Below, one piece after another: positions 38,145-47,860 of a stretch of 64,000 nt of DNA. The DNA comes from an uncultured Chitinophagales bacterium (GTDB lineage Bacteria > Bacteroidota > Bacteroidia > Chitinophagales > S012-47): assembly GCA_964413685.1 (NCBI GenBank), contig CAYPSW010000001.1:365461-429460 (forward strand). Direction: 5' to 3'. The translations under genes were made by a program, and so were the position numbers. The notes under the pieces are model-generated. The model had not been told where the DNA came from. It saw only the letters and a program-made list of their open reading frames with translations, and did no database searches. The stretch's first letter is position 1; every line of letters starts with the position of its first letter.

Positions 38145-39515
38145 TTGAATTTACCTGATTTACACGACAATATTGTTGCTATTGCCACAGCTCCGGGCGT
38201 GGCTGCCATAGGCATGCTGCGGGTATCCGGTCTCAATGCCATCGGAATAGTAAATCAAGTCTTCAAAAATTCAAATCTTGACAAAGCGAAAGGTCATAGT
38301 GCTCATTTCGGAACCATCAGCGATGGGGATTATGTATTGGATGAAGTGGTGGCGATTGTCTATCGCAATCCGAAATCATATACCGGTGAAGACTTAGTAG
38401 AATTGACCTGCCATGGTTCTCCTTATATTTTGCAAAAAATTACTGCCCTGCTTATTCGTCAGGGGGCCCGTATGGCCAATCCGGGAGAATTCACTTTACG
38501 TGCTTTTCTGAACGGAAAAATGGATCTGAGCCAGGCCGAAGCAGTGGCTGATCTCATTAATGCCGATAGTGAAAAAGCCCACAGTGTAGCTATGCAACAA
38601 ATGCGGGGTGGATATTCCAGCGAAATAAAAATATTGAGACAAAGGCTTATTGATTTTGCGGCACTCGTTGAACTCGAACTTGATTTTAGCGAAGAAGATG
38701 TTGAATTTGTCCACCGGGACCATATGATTGAAACCGTGGAACAACTAAAAAAAATTATTCTCACGCTTATCAAGTCCTTTGAATTCGGCAACGTGATAAA
38801 AAATGGCGTACCCACTGTGATAGCCGGAAAACCCAATGCGGGGAAGTCAACTTTGCTGAATGCCTTACTCAAAGAAGATCGTGCAATTGTTTCAGAAATA
38901 CCCGGCACTACGCGTGATACCGTGGAGGAAGTGCTGAATCTGGATGGACTGCTTTTCCGTCTGATCGACACAGCAGGTCTTCAGGAGACCGGAGATGCTA
39001 TCGAATCTATAGGCGTTCAGAAAGCCATGGATAAAATAGGAAGTGCTTCTCTGTTAATTTATGTGTTCGACCTGCAAAACGAAACGCGCGAAACAGTTTC
39101 ACAGGCCTTGTCTGATTTAAAGGGCTATAAACAGGTAATTGTAGTAGGGAATAAACTTGATTTGATGGATCAGGCCAAAACTGAACTGCTATTTAATGCG
39201 AATGATTTTGTATTGGTGTCGGGCAAGACAGGAACAGGATTGGATGTACTCCGGCAAAAAATGACCGGTTCTGTTCTGTCCTCGGCTGAACACGAAGACC
39301 AAACCATCGTGAGCAATCTGCGCCATGCCGAAGCTTTGCAAAAAGCCCTCGATGCCCTGCAGGAAGTGGAAGAAAACCTGAAAGCACAATTGCCCGGAGA
39401 ACTGCTGTCTATTGAACTGCGCAGCGCCCTCGATGCTCTGGGCGCTATTACCGGTGAAATCACGAATGATGATTTGCTAGGTTCAATTTTTTCAAATTTT
39501 TGTATTGGAAAGTAA
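38145..39515 (+). CDS. mnmE: tRNA uridine-5-carboxymethylaminomethyl modification GTPase MnmE
   Basis: N-terminus IVAIATAPGVAAIGMLRVSG, G domain GKPNAGKSTLLNAL / DTAG / NKLD, and the C-terminal CIGK tetrapeptide. TTG start; the upstream ATG at 38125 hits a stop after 2 codons. Confidence 0.92.
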   Translation: MNLPDLHDNIVAIATAPGVAAIGMLRVSGLNAIGIVNQVFKNSNLDKAKGHSAHFGTISDGDYVLDEVVAIVYRNPKSYTGEDLVELTCHGSPYILQKITALLIRQGARMANPGEFTLRAFLNGKMDLSQAEAVADLINADSEKAHSVAMQQMRGGYSSEIKILRQRLIDFAALVELELDFSEEDVEFVHRDHMIETVEQLKKIILTLIKSFEFGNVIKNGVPTVIAGKPNAGKSTLLNALLKEDRAIVSEIPGTTRDTVEEVLNLDGLLFRLIDTAGLQETGDAIESIGVQKAMDKIGSASLLIYVFDLQNETRETVSQALSDLKGYKQVIVVGNKLDLMDQAKTELLFNANDFVLVSGKTGTGLDVLRQKMTGSVLSSAEHEDQTIVSNLRHAEALQKALDALQEVEENLKAQLPGELLSIELRSALDALGAITGEITNDDLLGSIFSNFCIGK

Positions 39516-39678
39516 CTGCACAATAAAATTGATTACAAAAACATCTGATGAACCTCTGTAAATCATTATGTTCTGTTCTTCCTGAAATAATTCAGAAAGA
39601 AATACCTTTTTCCCGTAATCAGCAAAAGCAAATCTTGTCTGCCAAATAATATTATTTCAAGAAAAATCTCCCAAAAAA

Positions 39679-39709
39679 TTTGTTTAATTTACCCAAATGG
39701 GTAAATTTG
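39679..39709 (+). promoter_or_regulatory. candidate TetR promoter with embedded palindromic operator
   Basis: TTTG (39679-39682), a 19-nt spacer, then TAAATTTG (39702-39709). A perfect inverted repeat, AATTTACCCA (39686-39695) and TGGGTAAATT (39698-39707) with a 2-nt spacer, sits between and over the two boxes. The GTG start is at 39714. Confidence 0.55.
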
Positions 39710-39713
39710 TGGC

Positions 39714-40325
39714 GTGGAAAGAAATCTAACGGAAGAAAAAATTATTCAATCGGCCGAAGAAATCTTTTTAGAGAAAGGTTTTGACGGGGCACGGATGCGC
39801 GAGATCTCTGAGCGGGCGGGTATCAACAAAGGCCTGCTGCATTATTATTTCAAAGGCAAAGACAAACTGTTTGAGCGGATTTTTTATACTGCTTTCAACC
39901 GGATGATTGGCCGGATGGATCAACTCATTGAACAGGATATTCCAATTGACGAGAAGATGTCATTGTTCGTTGATCGTTATCTGGATTTTCTGGAAAAACA
40001 TCCCTCGTTGCCGCGCTTTCTGATGTACGAAATGACTCGCAAAGGTCAAACATTTGTCGATTCCTTCACAATTCACATGAAGACTCCAGCCATCGACAGT
40101 CTGAAACGTCAGGTAAACGAAGCAGTAGCAGCGGGCAAAATGGAGCCTTTTGATGTTGAGCATCTTCTGGTGAATACAATTGCCTTGTGCGTTTTCCCTT
40201 TTATTGCAAAACCTATGTTGGAAGTTATGCTGAACAAAGATGATAGCGGCTACAAACAATTATTGGCGGGCAGGCGAGAGCAGATCAAAACCGTTTTAAG
40301 TCAATCAATACAAATGATATCATAA
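39714..40325 (+). CDS. TetR/AcrR-family transcriptional regulator
   Basis: N-terminal HTH (IIQSAEEIFLEKGFDGARMREISERAGINKGLLHYYFKGKDKLF). GTG is the only plausible start because an in-frame TAA lies at 39702-39704. Confidence 0.88.
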   Translation: MERNLTEEKIIQSAEEIFLEKGFDGARMREISERAGINKGLLHYYFKGKDKLFERIFYTAFNRMIGRMDQLIEQDIPIDEKMSLFVDRYLDFLEKHPSLPRFLMYEMTRKGQTFVDSFTIHMKTPAIDSLKRQVNEAVAAGKMEPFDVEHLLVNTIALCVFPFIAKPMLEVMLNKDDSGYKQLLAGRREQIKTVLSQSIQMIS

Positions 40326-40340
40326 GCAAAGCAAGTAATT

Positions 40341-41636
40341 ATGAAACGAATACTTTATGCACTTTTCTTCTTTACGGTTTTTCCCGCAGCAGCGCAGGAA
40401 GGGACACAGCAGCTAAGCCTGAGTGACTGTTATACTTTGGCGAGGCAAAACACCCCCCTGGCATCTGCTCAAAAACTCATCAGCGAAGGAACGGATGCCG
40501 GGCTAAATGCTATTCAAACGAACCGCTATCCGCAAATCAATTTCTCAGCCCGGGCTACTTATCAATCTGAATCAATCACGATACCGGAATTGGTTCCCGG
40601 CATGCCCACGATCAACCTTTCAAAAGATCAGTACAAAAGCGTGCTCGATATTCAGCAAATCATTTATGATGGAGGAGTCATTCATGCAAATGAGGCATTG
40701 CTCATCGCCCGTTCAAGCACCCAATTGGCTCAAATCGAAGTGCAGCTCGATGCCATCAGGCAACAGGTGAATGAAGCCGTGCTTAGCAAATTGTTGATGA
40801 AAAAACAGCTGGAGGTCTTGGCTTTGATGTCCGGTGACTTATCTGAGCAGATAGCGCAGCTAAATCAAGCTGTTGAAAATGGAGTAGCTCTGCCGGCTGA
40901 TGAACAAAAAGTCAGAGTAGCCCTATTAAAGGTAAAACAACAGCAATTGGAAGCACAGGCAGGTTTTGATGCGGCTGCCCTGACATTGAACCATTTGTTG
41001 GGATTGAGGGAGGAACAAATGATTCTTGTAAATCCAGAAATGCCTGTCATTCCTGAGCAAAGCGGGTATGAAAACCGTGCAGAGATGGACGTATTCAGCA
41101 AACAAATATCAGCGCTTGACGCCAATATAGCTTTGAATAAAAGTCAGCGCAGGCCAAAACTAGCTGCAGCTGTTCAGGGAGGTTATGGCCGGCCCGGCCT
41201 GAATATGCTGGACGATAGTTTTCAACCCTGGTATTTTGCAGGCATCACGTTAAGCTGGCAACCCTGGGACTGGAAGAAGACACAATTCCAAAATCAAAAT
41301 CTTGAAATACGTAAGAGATTAGTTTTGAATCAGCAGGAGACTTTTGAATACAATCTTGAAAACGCAAAAATCGCGCTGCTCACCCACATGGATGCGCTGA
41401 ACAAGACCTTATCGCTCGATGACACTGTGTTGGATTTGCAAGAAGACATTCTCAAATCGGAATCAAAGAAATTGGATATGGGCTTATCAACCGGCACCGA
41501 TTATGTATCAGCGATGAACGACCGCAAAGAAGCCCTGCTACTGAAAGAAACACACGAAATACAATTATTGAAAACCAAACTCGATTATCTCAATCTTCTG
41601 GGTTTACCCGAAATAAAAAAGGATGAAAATGAATAA
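40341..41636 (+). CDS. TolC-family outer membrane efflux protein
   Basis: Signal peptide MKRILYALFFFTVFPAAAQE, followed by two internally repeated coiled-coil/barrel halves typical of OEP/TolC. Confidence 0.82.
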   Translation: MKRILYALFFFTVFPAAAQEGTQQLSLSDCYTLARQNTPLASAQKLISEGTDAGLNAIQTNRYPQINFSARATYQSESITIPELVPGMPTINLSKDQYKSVLDIQQIIYDGGVIHANEALLIARSSTQLAQIEVQLDAIRQQVNEAVLSKLLMKKQLEVLALMSGDLSEQIAQLNQAVENGVALPADEQKVRVALLKVKQQQLEAQAGFDAAALTLNHLLGLREEQMILVNPEMPVIPEQSGYENRAEMDVFSKQISALDANIALNKSQRRPKLAAAVQGGYGRPGLNMLDDSFQPWYFAGITLSWQPWDWKKTQFQNQNLEIRKRLVLNQQETFEYNLENAKIALLTHMDALNKTLSLDDTVLDLQEDILKSESKKLDMGLSTGTDYVSAMNDRKEALLLKETHEIQLLKTKLDYLNLLGLPEIKKDENE

Positions 41637-42531
41637 ATATGTAATCGTTGCAGCTGCCTGCTTCACGGCAATAGCCTGCAATTCAGGAAATCAGCGCGCT
41701 GATGCCTATGGCAATTTTGAAGCCACCGAAATCAATGTCTCGGCTGAGCAGTCAGGCAAATTGCTCTTTTTCACCGCTGAGGAAGGAAATCTGCTTGATT
41801 CAGGGCAGTTCGTGGCTTTGATTGACACCATACCCTTGCATTTGAAAGAGCTTCAATTGTTGGCCAATCGGCAGGCCATTGCAGCCCAATCAGGCCCGGT
41901 GCTGGCTCAGATGGATGTTTTGCAAACCCAATTAAGCCATGCTCACATGGAGGAAGAACGCTTCGCCAAACTTCTGGCCGGAGGTGCTGCTACCCAAAAA
42001 CAATATGATGATATTCAAAACCAAATAAAGGTTCTGCAAAGTCAAATTAAAAGCATCGCCAGTCAGCATGCACCTATTTTCAGCCAGGTTCAGATGGTAG
42101 ATGCACAATTGCAGGCACTCCGTGATCAGATCAACAGATGCCGGATTATTAACCCAACGAAGGGTACCGTACTGGTAAAAATTGCCGAACAAGGAGAGAT
42201 GACGGGTGCAGGAAGACCACTGTATCGCCTGGCTGATCTCAGCACGATGTATTTGAGGGCCTACGCCTCTGGCGATCAATTGCCACACATGGCTATTGGC
42301 GATGAAGTAGAGGTTTTAATTGATGATACAAAAACAAAAAACACAAATCTGCACGGTATCATTAGCTGGATTGCTTCAGAGGCAGAGTTTACCCCTAAAA
42401 TCGTTCAGACCAAGGAAGACCGGGTGGATATGGTTTATGCTTTTAAGGTGAGGGTAGAAAACGATGGTAGCCTGAAAATCGGAATGCCCGGAGAAGTCAA
42501 TTTTCTAAAAACTTCAACACAGGAAAATTGA
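41623..42531 (+). CDS. HlyD-family periplasmic adaptor (YbhG-like), lipoprotein
   Basis: Lipobox AACFTAIAC, a long coiled-coil hairpin (Q-rich 41.9-42.1 kb) and a beta-barrel C-terminus (FTPKIVQTKEDRVDMVYAFKVRV). 14-nt overlap with the tolC-like gene. Confidence 0.82.
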   Translation: MKMNKYVIVAAACFTAIACNSGNQRADAYGNFEATEINVSAEQSGKLLFFTAEEGNLLDSGQFVALIDTIPLHLKELQLLANRQAIAAQSGPVLAQMDVLQTQLSHAHMEEERFAKLLAGGAATQKQYDDIQNQIKVLQSQIKSIASQHAPIFSQVQMVDAQLQALRDQINRCRIINPTKGTVLVKIAEQGEMTGAGRPLYRLADLSTMYLRAYASGDQLPHMAIGDEVEVLIDDTKTKNTNLHGIISWIASEAEFTPKIVQTKEDRVDMVYAFKVRVENDGSLKIGMPGEVNFLKTSTQEN

Positions 42532-43445
42532 TAAGTGCTGAAAACATCAGTAAATCTTTTGACGCTGTCCGTGCCCTGGATTCAGTTTCGCTTAAGGTCA
42601 AACGGAACGAATTGTTCGGGCTTATCGGTCCTGATGGAGCGGGCAAATCTACGCTCTTCCGCATTCTGGCAACCTTGCTGATTCCGGATGAAGGTCGGGC
42701 CAGGATGATGGATTTAGATACTATCAAAGATTATCGGAAAATCCGCCAGCATCTTGGCTATATGCCGGGGCGTTTCAGTCTGTATCCGGACCTGACGGTT
42801 GAAGAAAACTTGTCGTTTTATGCCTCGGTTTTTGGCACTTCTATTCAGCAAAATTATGAACTTATTGAGCCGATTTATAAGCAACTTGAACCCTTCCGGA
42901 AACGCAGAGCTGCACAACTTTCGGGCGGGATGAAACAAAAACTGTCGCTGTCTTGTGCCTTAATTCACCGGCCCGAAATGCTTTTACTCGATGAACCGAC
43001 AACCGGTGTGGATGCCGTTTCGCGCAAAGAGTTCTGGGACTTACTCGCGGGTATCCGGCAGGCAGGTATCACCATCATGGTTTCTACTCCCTACATGGAT
43101 GAGGCCTCGCTCTGCGACCGCGTTGCCCTGTTTCAGGATGGGAAAATACTGCAAATTGATTCCCCTAAACAAATTGTGGCCGGATATAAAAATCACCTGA
43201 CGGCAGTCAGGGCTTCTGATAAATACAAACTCTTGCTCAATCTCAGAGTCCGGGATGATATCATTTCTGCCTATCCTTTTGGCGATTCAGTACATATCAG
43301 CACCACTGAGAAACCTGATAACACGAAGCTTGAAAAGTATTTATTAAATCTTAGCATGGAAAATATCAGCATCAAAACAATTACAGCAAGTATTGAAGAC
43401 CGTTTCCTCGAATTGCTCCATCAAAAAGATACGGCCGATGACTGA
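42528..43445 (+). CDS. ABC transporter ATP-binding protein (YbhF N-half-like)
   Basis: Walker A GPDGAGKST, signature LSGGMKQK and Walker B LLLDEPTTGVD. The TTG start forms a TTGA overlap with the HlyD gene stop. Confidence 0.88.
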   Translation: MISAENISKSFDAVRALDSVSLKVKRNELFGLIGPDGAGKSTLFRILATLLIPDEGRARMMDLDTIKDYRKIRQHLGYMPGRFSLYPDLTVEENLSFYASVFGTSIQQNYELIEPIYKQLEPFRKRRAAQLSGGMKQKLSLSCALIHRPEMLLLDEPTTGVDAVSRKEFWDLLAGIRQAGITIMVSTPYMDEASLCDRVALFQDGKILQIDSPKQIVAGYKNHLTAVRASDKYKLLLNLRVRDDIISAYPFGDSVHISTTEKPDNTKLEKYLLNLSMENISIKTITASIEDRFLELLHQKDTADD

Positions 43446-44160
43446 ACTCATTATCCAAATCAGCGGGCTGACTAAAAAATTTGGTGATTTCACAGCAGTG
43501 GATCACATCAGTTTTGAGGTTGAAGCAGGAGAAATTTTCGGATTCCTGGGAGCCAACGGTGCAGGGAAAACTACGGCTATCCGGATGTTATGCGGATTGC
43601 TGAAACCAAGTAGCGGAACCGGTATGGTGGCAGGGGCAGATATTCGAAAAAAGCCAAACCTCGTAAAAAGCAGGATCGGATATATGAGTCAGCGTTTTTC
43701 TCTCTATGAAGATTTAACAGTATTTGAAAATATCCGTCTGTTTGGTGGTATTTATGGCTTAAAAAAAGCACGGATAAAGGAAAGAGCAAAAGTGCTTATC
43801 AAACGAACTGGTTTACAGGGGCTCGAGAAAAGACTTGTTGGTGATCTGCCACTTGGCTGGCGTCAAAAACTGGCGCTATCCACGGCCCTTATTCATCAAC
43901 CTCAAGTAGTTTTTCTGGACGAACCAACCGGGGGCGTTGACCCCATTACCCGAAAACAATTTTGGGAAATGATTTACGAGACAGCTGCCGGTGGTACTAC
44001 TGTTTTTGTGACAACACATTATATGGATGAAGCAGAATATTGCGACCGGGTCAGTATTATGACAGATGGTAAAATCAGAGCACTCGACACGCCTGAAGCT
44101 TTGAAAAAAGATTTTGACGTGAGCAATATGGATGATGTTTTCTTAAAACTGGCGAGATGA
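43438..44160 (+). CDS. ABC transporter ATP-binding protein (YbhF C-half-like)
   Basis: Walker A GANGAGKTT, degenerate signature LPLGWRQK and Walker B VFLDEPTGGVD. ATG 43438 overlaps the upstream stop (ATGACTGA) and is preferred to the start at 43393. Confidence 0.88.
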   Translation: MTELIIQISGLTKKFGDFTAVDHISFEVEAGEIFGFLGANGAGKTTAIRMLCGLLKPSSGTGMVAGADIRKKPNLVKSRIGYMSQRFSLYEDLTVFENIRLFGGIYGLKKARIKERAKVLIKRTGLQGLEKRLVGDLPLGWRQKLALSTALIHQPQVVFLDEPTGGVDPITRKQFWEMIYETAAGGTTVFVTTHYMDEAEYCDRVSIMTDGKIRALDTPEALKKDFDVSNMDDVFLKLAR

Positions 44161-45272
44161 AGAATACAAAACGATTTTTCAGTTTTGTAAAAAAAGAATT
44201 GTTGCACATTCTGCGCGATAAGCGGACTTTGCTTATCCTATTTGGAATTCCGATTGTTCAGGTTGTCCTTTTTGGCTTTGCCATCACCAACGATTTGAAT
44301 AATGCACCTATCTCCATCCTGGACAGGACACACGATCAGGGCAGTAAAGAAATTACCGAACGGCTTCTGTCCTCCGGGTATTTTACCTTGATTGAAAATC
44401 TCGATCATTCGGCTGATATTGAAGCCAGCTTTCGAAAAGGAGATACTAAAATGGTCATCGAATTCGGTCCTGATTTTTATCAAAATCTAATTAAAGGACA
44501 GGGTTTGAACCTGTACCTTGCTGCCGATGCGTCAGACCCCAACATGGCCAATATGCTGGTCAATTATGCCTCAGCGATTATATTTAAATATTTGGCCGGT
44601 AAACAGCAGTCATCTGCCTCCTCGGGAGGGATTATCCCTGAAGTAAGGATGTATTTTAATCCTGCCATGAGAAGCGTTTTTATGTTTGTACCCGGTGTTA
44701 TGACGGTCATTCTGATGCTGGTCTCAGCCATGATGACCTCCATTGCCATTGCCCGCGAAAAAGAACAGGGCACTATGGAAGTGCTATTGGTTAGTCCGGT
44801 TCGGCCGATTCAGATAATTCTCGGTAAAGTGTTTCCTTATTTACTGCTTTCCCTTATCAATGCGGCTACGATTATTGCCCTTGCCTATTATGTGTTTGGC
44901 ATGCCAGTGCAGGGAAGTTTGATTTTGCTTGGCCTCGAAGTAATGTTATTTGTGCTGACTTCACTGGCACTCGGCATTTTGATTTCAACCCTGGTAAGCA
45001 GTCAGCAAACCGCTATGATGATTTCTCTCATTGCCCTTATGCTGCCCACTATTATTTTATCAGGTTTTATCTTTCCAATTGAAAACATGCCCTTTCTCTT
45101 GCAATTACTAACCCATATCATCCCTGCCCGGTGGTTTTTAGTCATCGTGAAAGATATTATGCTTAAAGGTGTCGGCATGGCATTTTTTTGGAAAGAAACC
45201 CTCATTCTGCTCGGTATGTGTGTTATCCTGGTGGGGCTTAGCGTACGAAAATTAAAAGTCAGACTTGAATAA
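44157..45272 (+). CDS. ABC-2 type transporter permease (YbhS/YbhR-like)
   Basis: N-terminal cytoplasmic KELLHILRDKRTL, TM1, a large periplasmic loop, then five C-terminal TM helices. ATGA overlap with the ATPase gene. Confidence 0.85.
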   Translation: MKNTKRFFSFVKKELLHILRDKRTLLILFGIPIVQVVLFGFAITNDLNNAPISILDRTHDQGSKEITERLLSSGYFTLIENLDHSADIEASFRKGDTKMVIEFGPDFYQNLIKGQGLNLYLAADASDPNMANMLVNYASAIIFKYLAGKQQSSASSGGIIPEVRMYFNPAMRSVFMFVPGVMTVILMLVSAMMTSIAIAREKEQGTMEVLLVSPVRPIQIILGKVFPYLLLSLINAATIIALAYYVFGMPVQGSLILLGLEVMLFVLTSLALGILISTLVSSQQTAMMISLIALMLPTIILSGFIFPIENMPFLLQLLTHIIPARWFLVIVKDIMLKGVGMAFFWKETLILLGMCVILVGLSVRKLKVRLE

Positions 45273-46380
45273 GATAAAATACATATTGCAAAAAGAGTTT
45301 CTCCAGATTTTCCGCAACAAATCTATGTTGCCCATGATCTTTGTGCTGCCTATTGTGCAACTGCTGATTATGGCCAATGCGGCTACCTACGAAATCAAAC
45401 ACATCAATATCACGGTCGTTGATGCCGATCACAGCCAATTTGCCGACCGGCTCGTTGCTAAATTTGAACAATCACCTTATTTTGAACTGAATGGCTATGC
45501 CGATGATAAGCATCAGGCTCTAGATGCTTTGTATGCCGATCGCTGTGATATTGTTTTGCAGATACCCCGGCATTTTGAAAGGGATTTGCGAAAGGGTCAG
45601 AATGCCAAAGTACATTGTGCTGTGAATGCCATTAATAGCTCAAAGGCTGCCGTAGTGTACAATTATGCTCGAAGTATCATCACAGACTTTAGCCGGCAGA
45701 TTCAAATGGAAATCCATCCGGAAATGACCACAATAAAACAGCCCGAAATTCGAATGGCTAACTGGTTCAACCCGCATCTGGATTATAAAACGTTCATGGT
45801 GCCCGGCATCCTCGTTTTATTGGTGACGCTGGTGGGTATGGTGCTCTCAGGTCTGAACTTGGTGCGTGAAAAAGAAATTGGAACAATGGAACAGATTAAT
45901 GTGACTCCTATAGGTAAGGGCTTTTTTATCATCGGGAAAATGTTGCCTTTTTGGATTATTGGTATGGTGGAACTGGTGCTTGGTATGTGGGTGGCTTTCC
46001 TTGTCTTTAACATTCCCAATGAAGGAAGTATGTTATTAATTTTTGCTTTTGCAGCCATTTATCTGGTCGCTGTTTTAGGCATAGGCTTGCTGGTTTCTAC
46101 TTTCTCCTCCACATTGCAGCAGGCTTTGTTTGTGTCTTGGTTTTTTATCGTGGTTTTTATTCTAATGAGCGGTTTGTTTACACCGATCGAAAGCATGCCG
46201 GTCTGGGCACAGAAAATTACTATCATTAATCCGATTGCCTATTTTGTAAAAGTGATGCGCATGGTCATGCTCAAAGGAAGTGGTCTGAACAATGTAGTCC
46301 CGTATTTCTTACCCATGGCCGGCTTCGCTATCGGTTTCAATGTATTAGCCATTTTGAACTATCCGAAAACGAGTAAATAA
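45265..46380 (+). CDS. ABC-2 type transporter permease (YbhS/YbhR-like), paralogue
   Basis: Same architecture as 44157-45272 (KEFLQIFRNKSML...). The TTG start overlaps the upstream gene by 8 nt (TTGAATAA). Confidence 0.85.
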   Translation: MNKIKYILQKEFLQIFRNKSMLPMIFVLPIVQLLIMANAATYEIKHINITVVDADHSQFADRLVAKFEQSPYFELNGYADDKHQALDALYADRCDIVLQIPRHFERDLRKGQNAKVHCAVNAINSSKAAVVYNYARSIITDFSRQIQMEIHPEMTTIKQPEIRMANWFNPHLDYKTFMVPGILVLLVTLVGMVLSGLNLVREKEIGTMEQINVTPIGKGFFIIGKMLPFWIIGMVELVLGMWVAFLVFNIPNEGSMLLIFAFAAIYLVAVLGIGLLVSTFSSTLQQALFVSWFFIVVFILMSGLFTPIESMPVWAQKITIINPIAYFVKVMRMVMLKGSGLNNVVPYFLPMAGFAIGFNVLAILNYPKTSK

Positions 46381-46520
46381 TAAGTAGGTGTTTTGAAACA
46401 AATTCCCTCTGATCTGCATTATTAATACTTTATTGATGAGGTGATTTAAGTCATCAGAAAATGTAGAAATCAACAGTAGATTTGACAGCAATCTAAAAAC
46501 AATCATAAAAAAACATAAAA

Positions 46521-47807
46521 ATGAACGACACAGCAAAAATCAAAGCCAACGGCAGCGAAATCGAACTGCCGGTGATCAAGGGTACCGAAAATGAACTCGG
46601 TATTGACATTTCCAAGTTAAGAGCCGAAAGCGGTATAATTACGCTGGACTTCGGCTATAAGAATACCGGTTCTACAACAAGTGCCATCACCTTTTTAAAT
46701 GGTGAAAAAGGTATTCTCCGCTACAGGGGTTATTCAATCCAGCAATTGGCCGAAAATTCTTCCTTTATGGAAGTGGCTTATTTACTGATTAATGGCAAAT
46801 TGCCGAACAAAGCAGCGTTGGCCGAATGGGATAATTCGATTGGGCATCATACCCTTGTTAGTGAGGAAATGAAGAAGTTTTTTGAAGGCTATCCATCCAG
46901 CGCTCACCCGATGGGTATGCTTGCTTCTATGGTTTGTTCCTTATCGGCCTATTATCCGGAATCCTTGAATCCTAATGCAAGCGAAGAAGCGAAGATGAAA
47001 ACAATCAGACGCTTGATAGCTAAAATGTCCACACTTGTAGCATGGATATACAAGAAATCTCAAGGTCATCCTTTTATCTACCCGACCAACAATCTTGATT
47101 ATGTCTCTAATTTCATGAAAATGACTTTCGGCTTTCCAACCGAAGATTATGAGTCTGATCCGATTGTCGTTGAAGCGATGAATAAATTGCTTATTCTGCA
47201 TGCTGATCACGAACAAAACTGCTCAACTTCGACCGTGCGTATTGTTGGTTCCTCCCAGGCTAACTTGTATGCTTCCATTGCTGCAGGAATCACTGCTTTG
47301 TGGGGGCCATTACATGGTGGAGCAAACCAAAAAGTAATCGAAATGCTGGAAGCTATTAAGGCTGACGGGGGTAATAGTGATAAATATATCGCTAAAGCCA
47401 AAGATAAAAATGATCCTTTCCGTTTAATGGGATTTGGCCACAGGGTGTATAAAAATTTCGACCCGAGAGCTCAGATTATTAAATCCTCAGCTGATAAGAT
47501 CCTGAACAAAATGGGTATCAATGACCCTGTTTTGGACATCGCCAAAAAACTGGAAGAAAGTGCCCTGAAAGATGATTATTTCATATCCCGCAAACTCTTC
47601 CCTAATGTTGATTTCTATTCAGGTATCATATACCGGGCATTGGGCTTCCCAACAGATATGTTCACAGCCTTATTTGCATTAGGTCGTTTACCGGGTTGGA
47701 TTGCCCAATGGAAAGAAATGCTGGATCAAAAACAACCGATCGGCCGCCCTCGACAAATTTATATTGGTGAGATGGAACGACCTTATGTTCCGATTGAAAA
47801 AAGGTAA
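46521..47807 (+). CDS. gltA: citrate synthase (type II)
   Basis: Motifs LHADHEQNCSTST and MGFGHRVYKNFDPRA. TAGATTTG -7-like box at 46477-46484. Confidence 0.95.
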   Translation: MNDTAKIKANGSEIELPVIKGTENELGIDISKLRAESGIITLDFGYKNTGSTTSAITFLNGEKGILRYRGYSIQQLAENSSFMEVAYLLINGKLPNKAALAEWDNSIGHHTLVSEEMKKFFEGYPSSAHPMGMLASMVCSLSAYYPESLNPNASEEAKMKTIRRLIAKMSTLVAWIYKKSQGHPFIYPTNNLDYVSNFMKMTFGFPTEDYESDPIVVEAMNKLLILHADHEQNCSTSTVRIVGSSQANLYASIAAGITALWGPLHGGANQKVIEMLEAIKADGGNSDKYIAKAKDKNDPFRLMGFGHRVYKNFDPRAQIIKSSADKILNKMGINDPVLDIAKKLEESALKDDYFISRKLFPNVDFYSGIIYRALGFPTDMFTALFALGRLPGWIAQWKEMLDQKQPIGRPRQIYIGEMERPYVPIEKR

Positions 47808-47831
47808 ATTCTGAAAGCCGGAGCCAACTGG

Positions 47832-47860
47832 AAGCCGTTCATTTTGAACGGCTTTTTTTT
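47832..47860 (+). terminator. rho-independent terminator after gltA
   Basis: AAGCCGTTC (47832-47840) pairs with GAACGGCTT (47846-47854) across a 5-nt loop, followed by a T-run to 47860. It lies between convergent genes. Confidence 0.75.

Noticed and set aside
38459-38971. 170-aa ORF (plus 82-, 117-, 66- and 64-aa ORFs) antisense to mnmE
   Set aside because: It lies entirely inside a well-supported gene on the opposite strand. The Ser/Arg/Ala-rich low-complexity translation is typical of the antisense frame of a relatively GC-rich gene. It has no start context, motifs or own promoter.
39548-39649. 33-aa ORF (MNLCKSLCSVLPEIIQKEIPFSRNQQKQILSAK) between mnmE and the TetR gene
   Set aside because: It is short and has no promoter box, hydrophobic segment or recognisable peptide class. 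It cannot be distinguished from chance in an AT-rich spacer.
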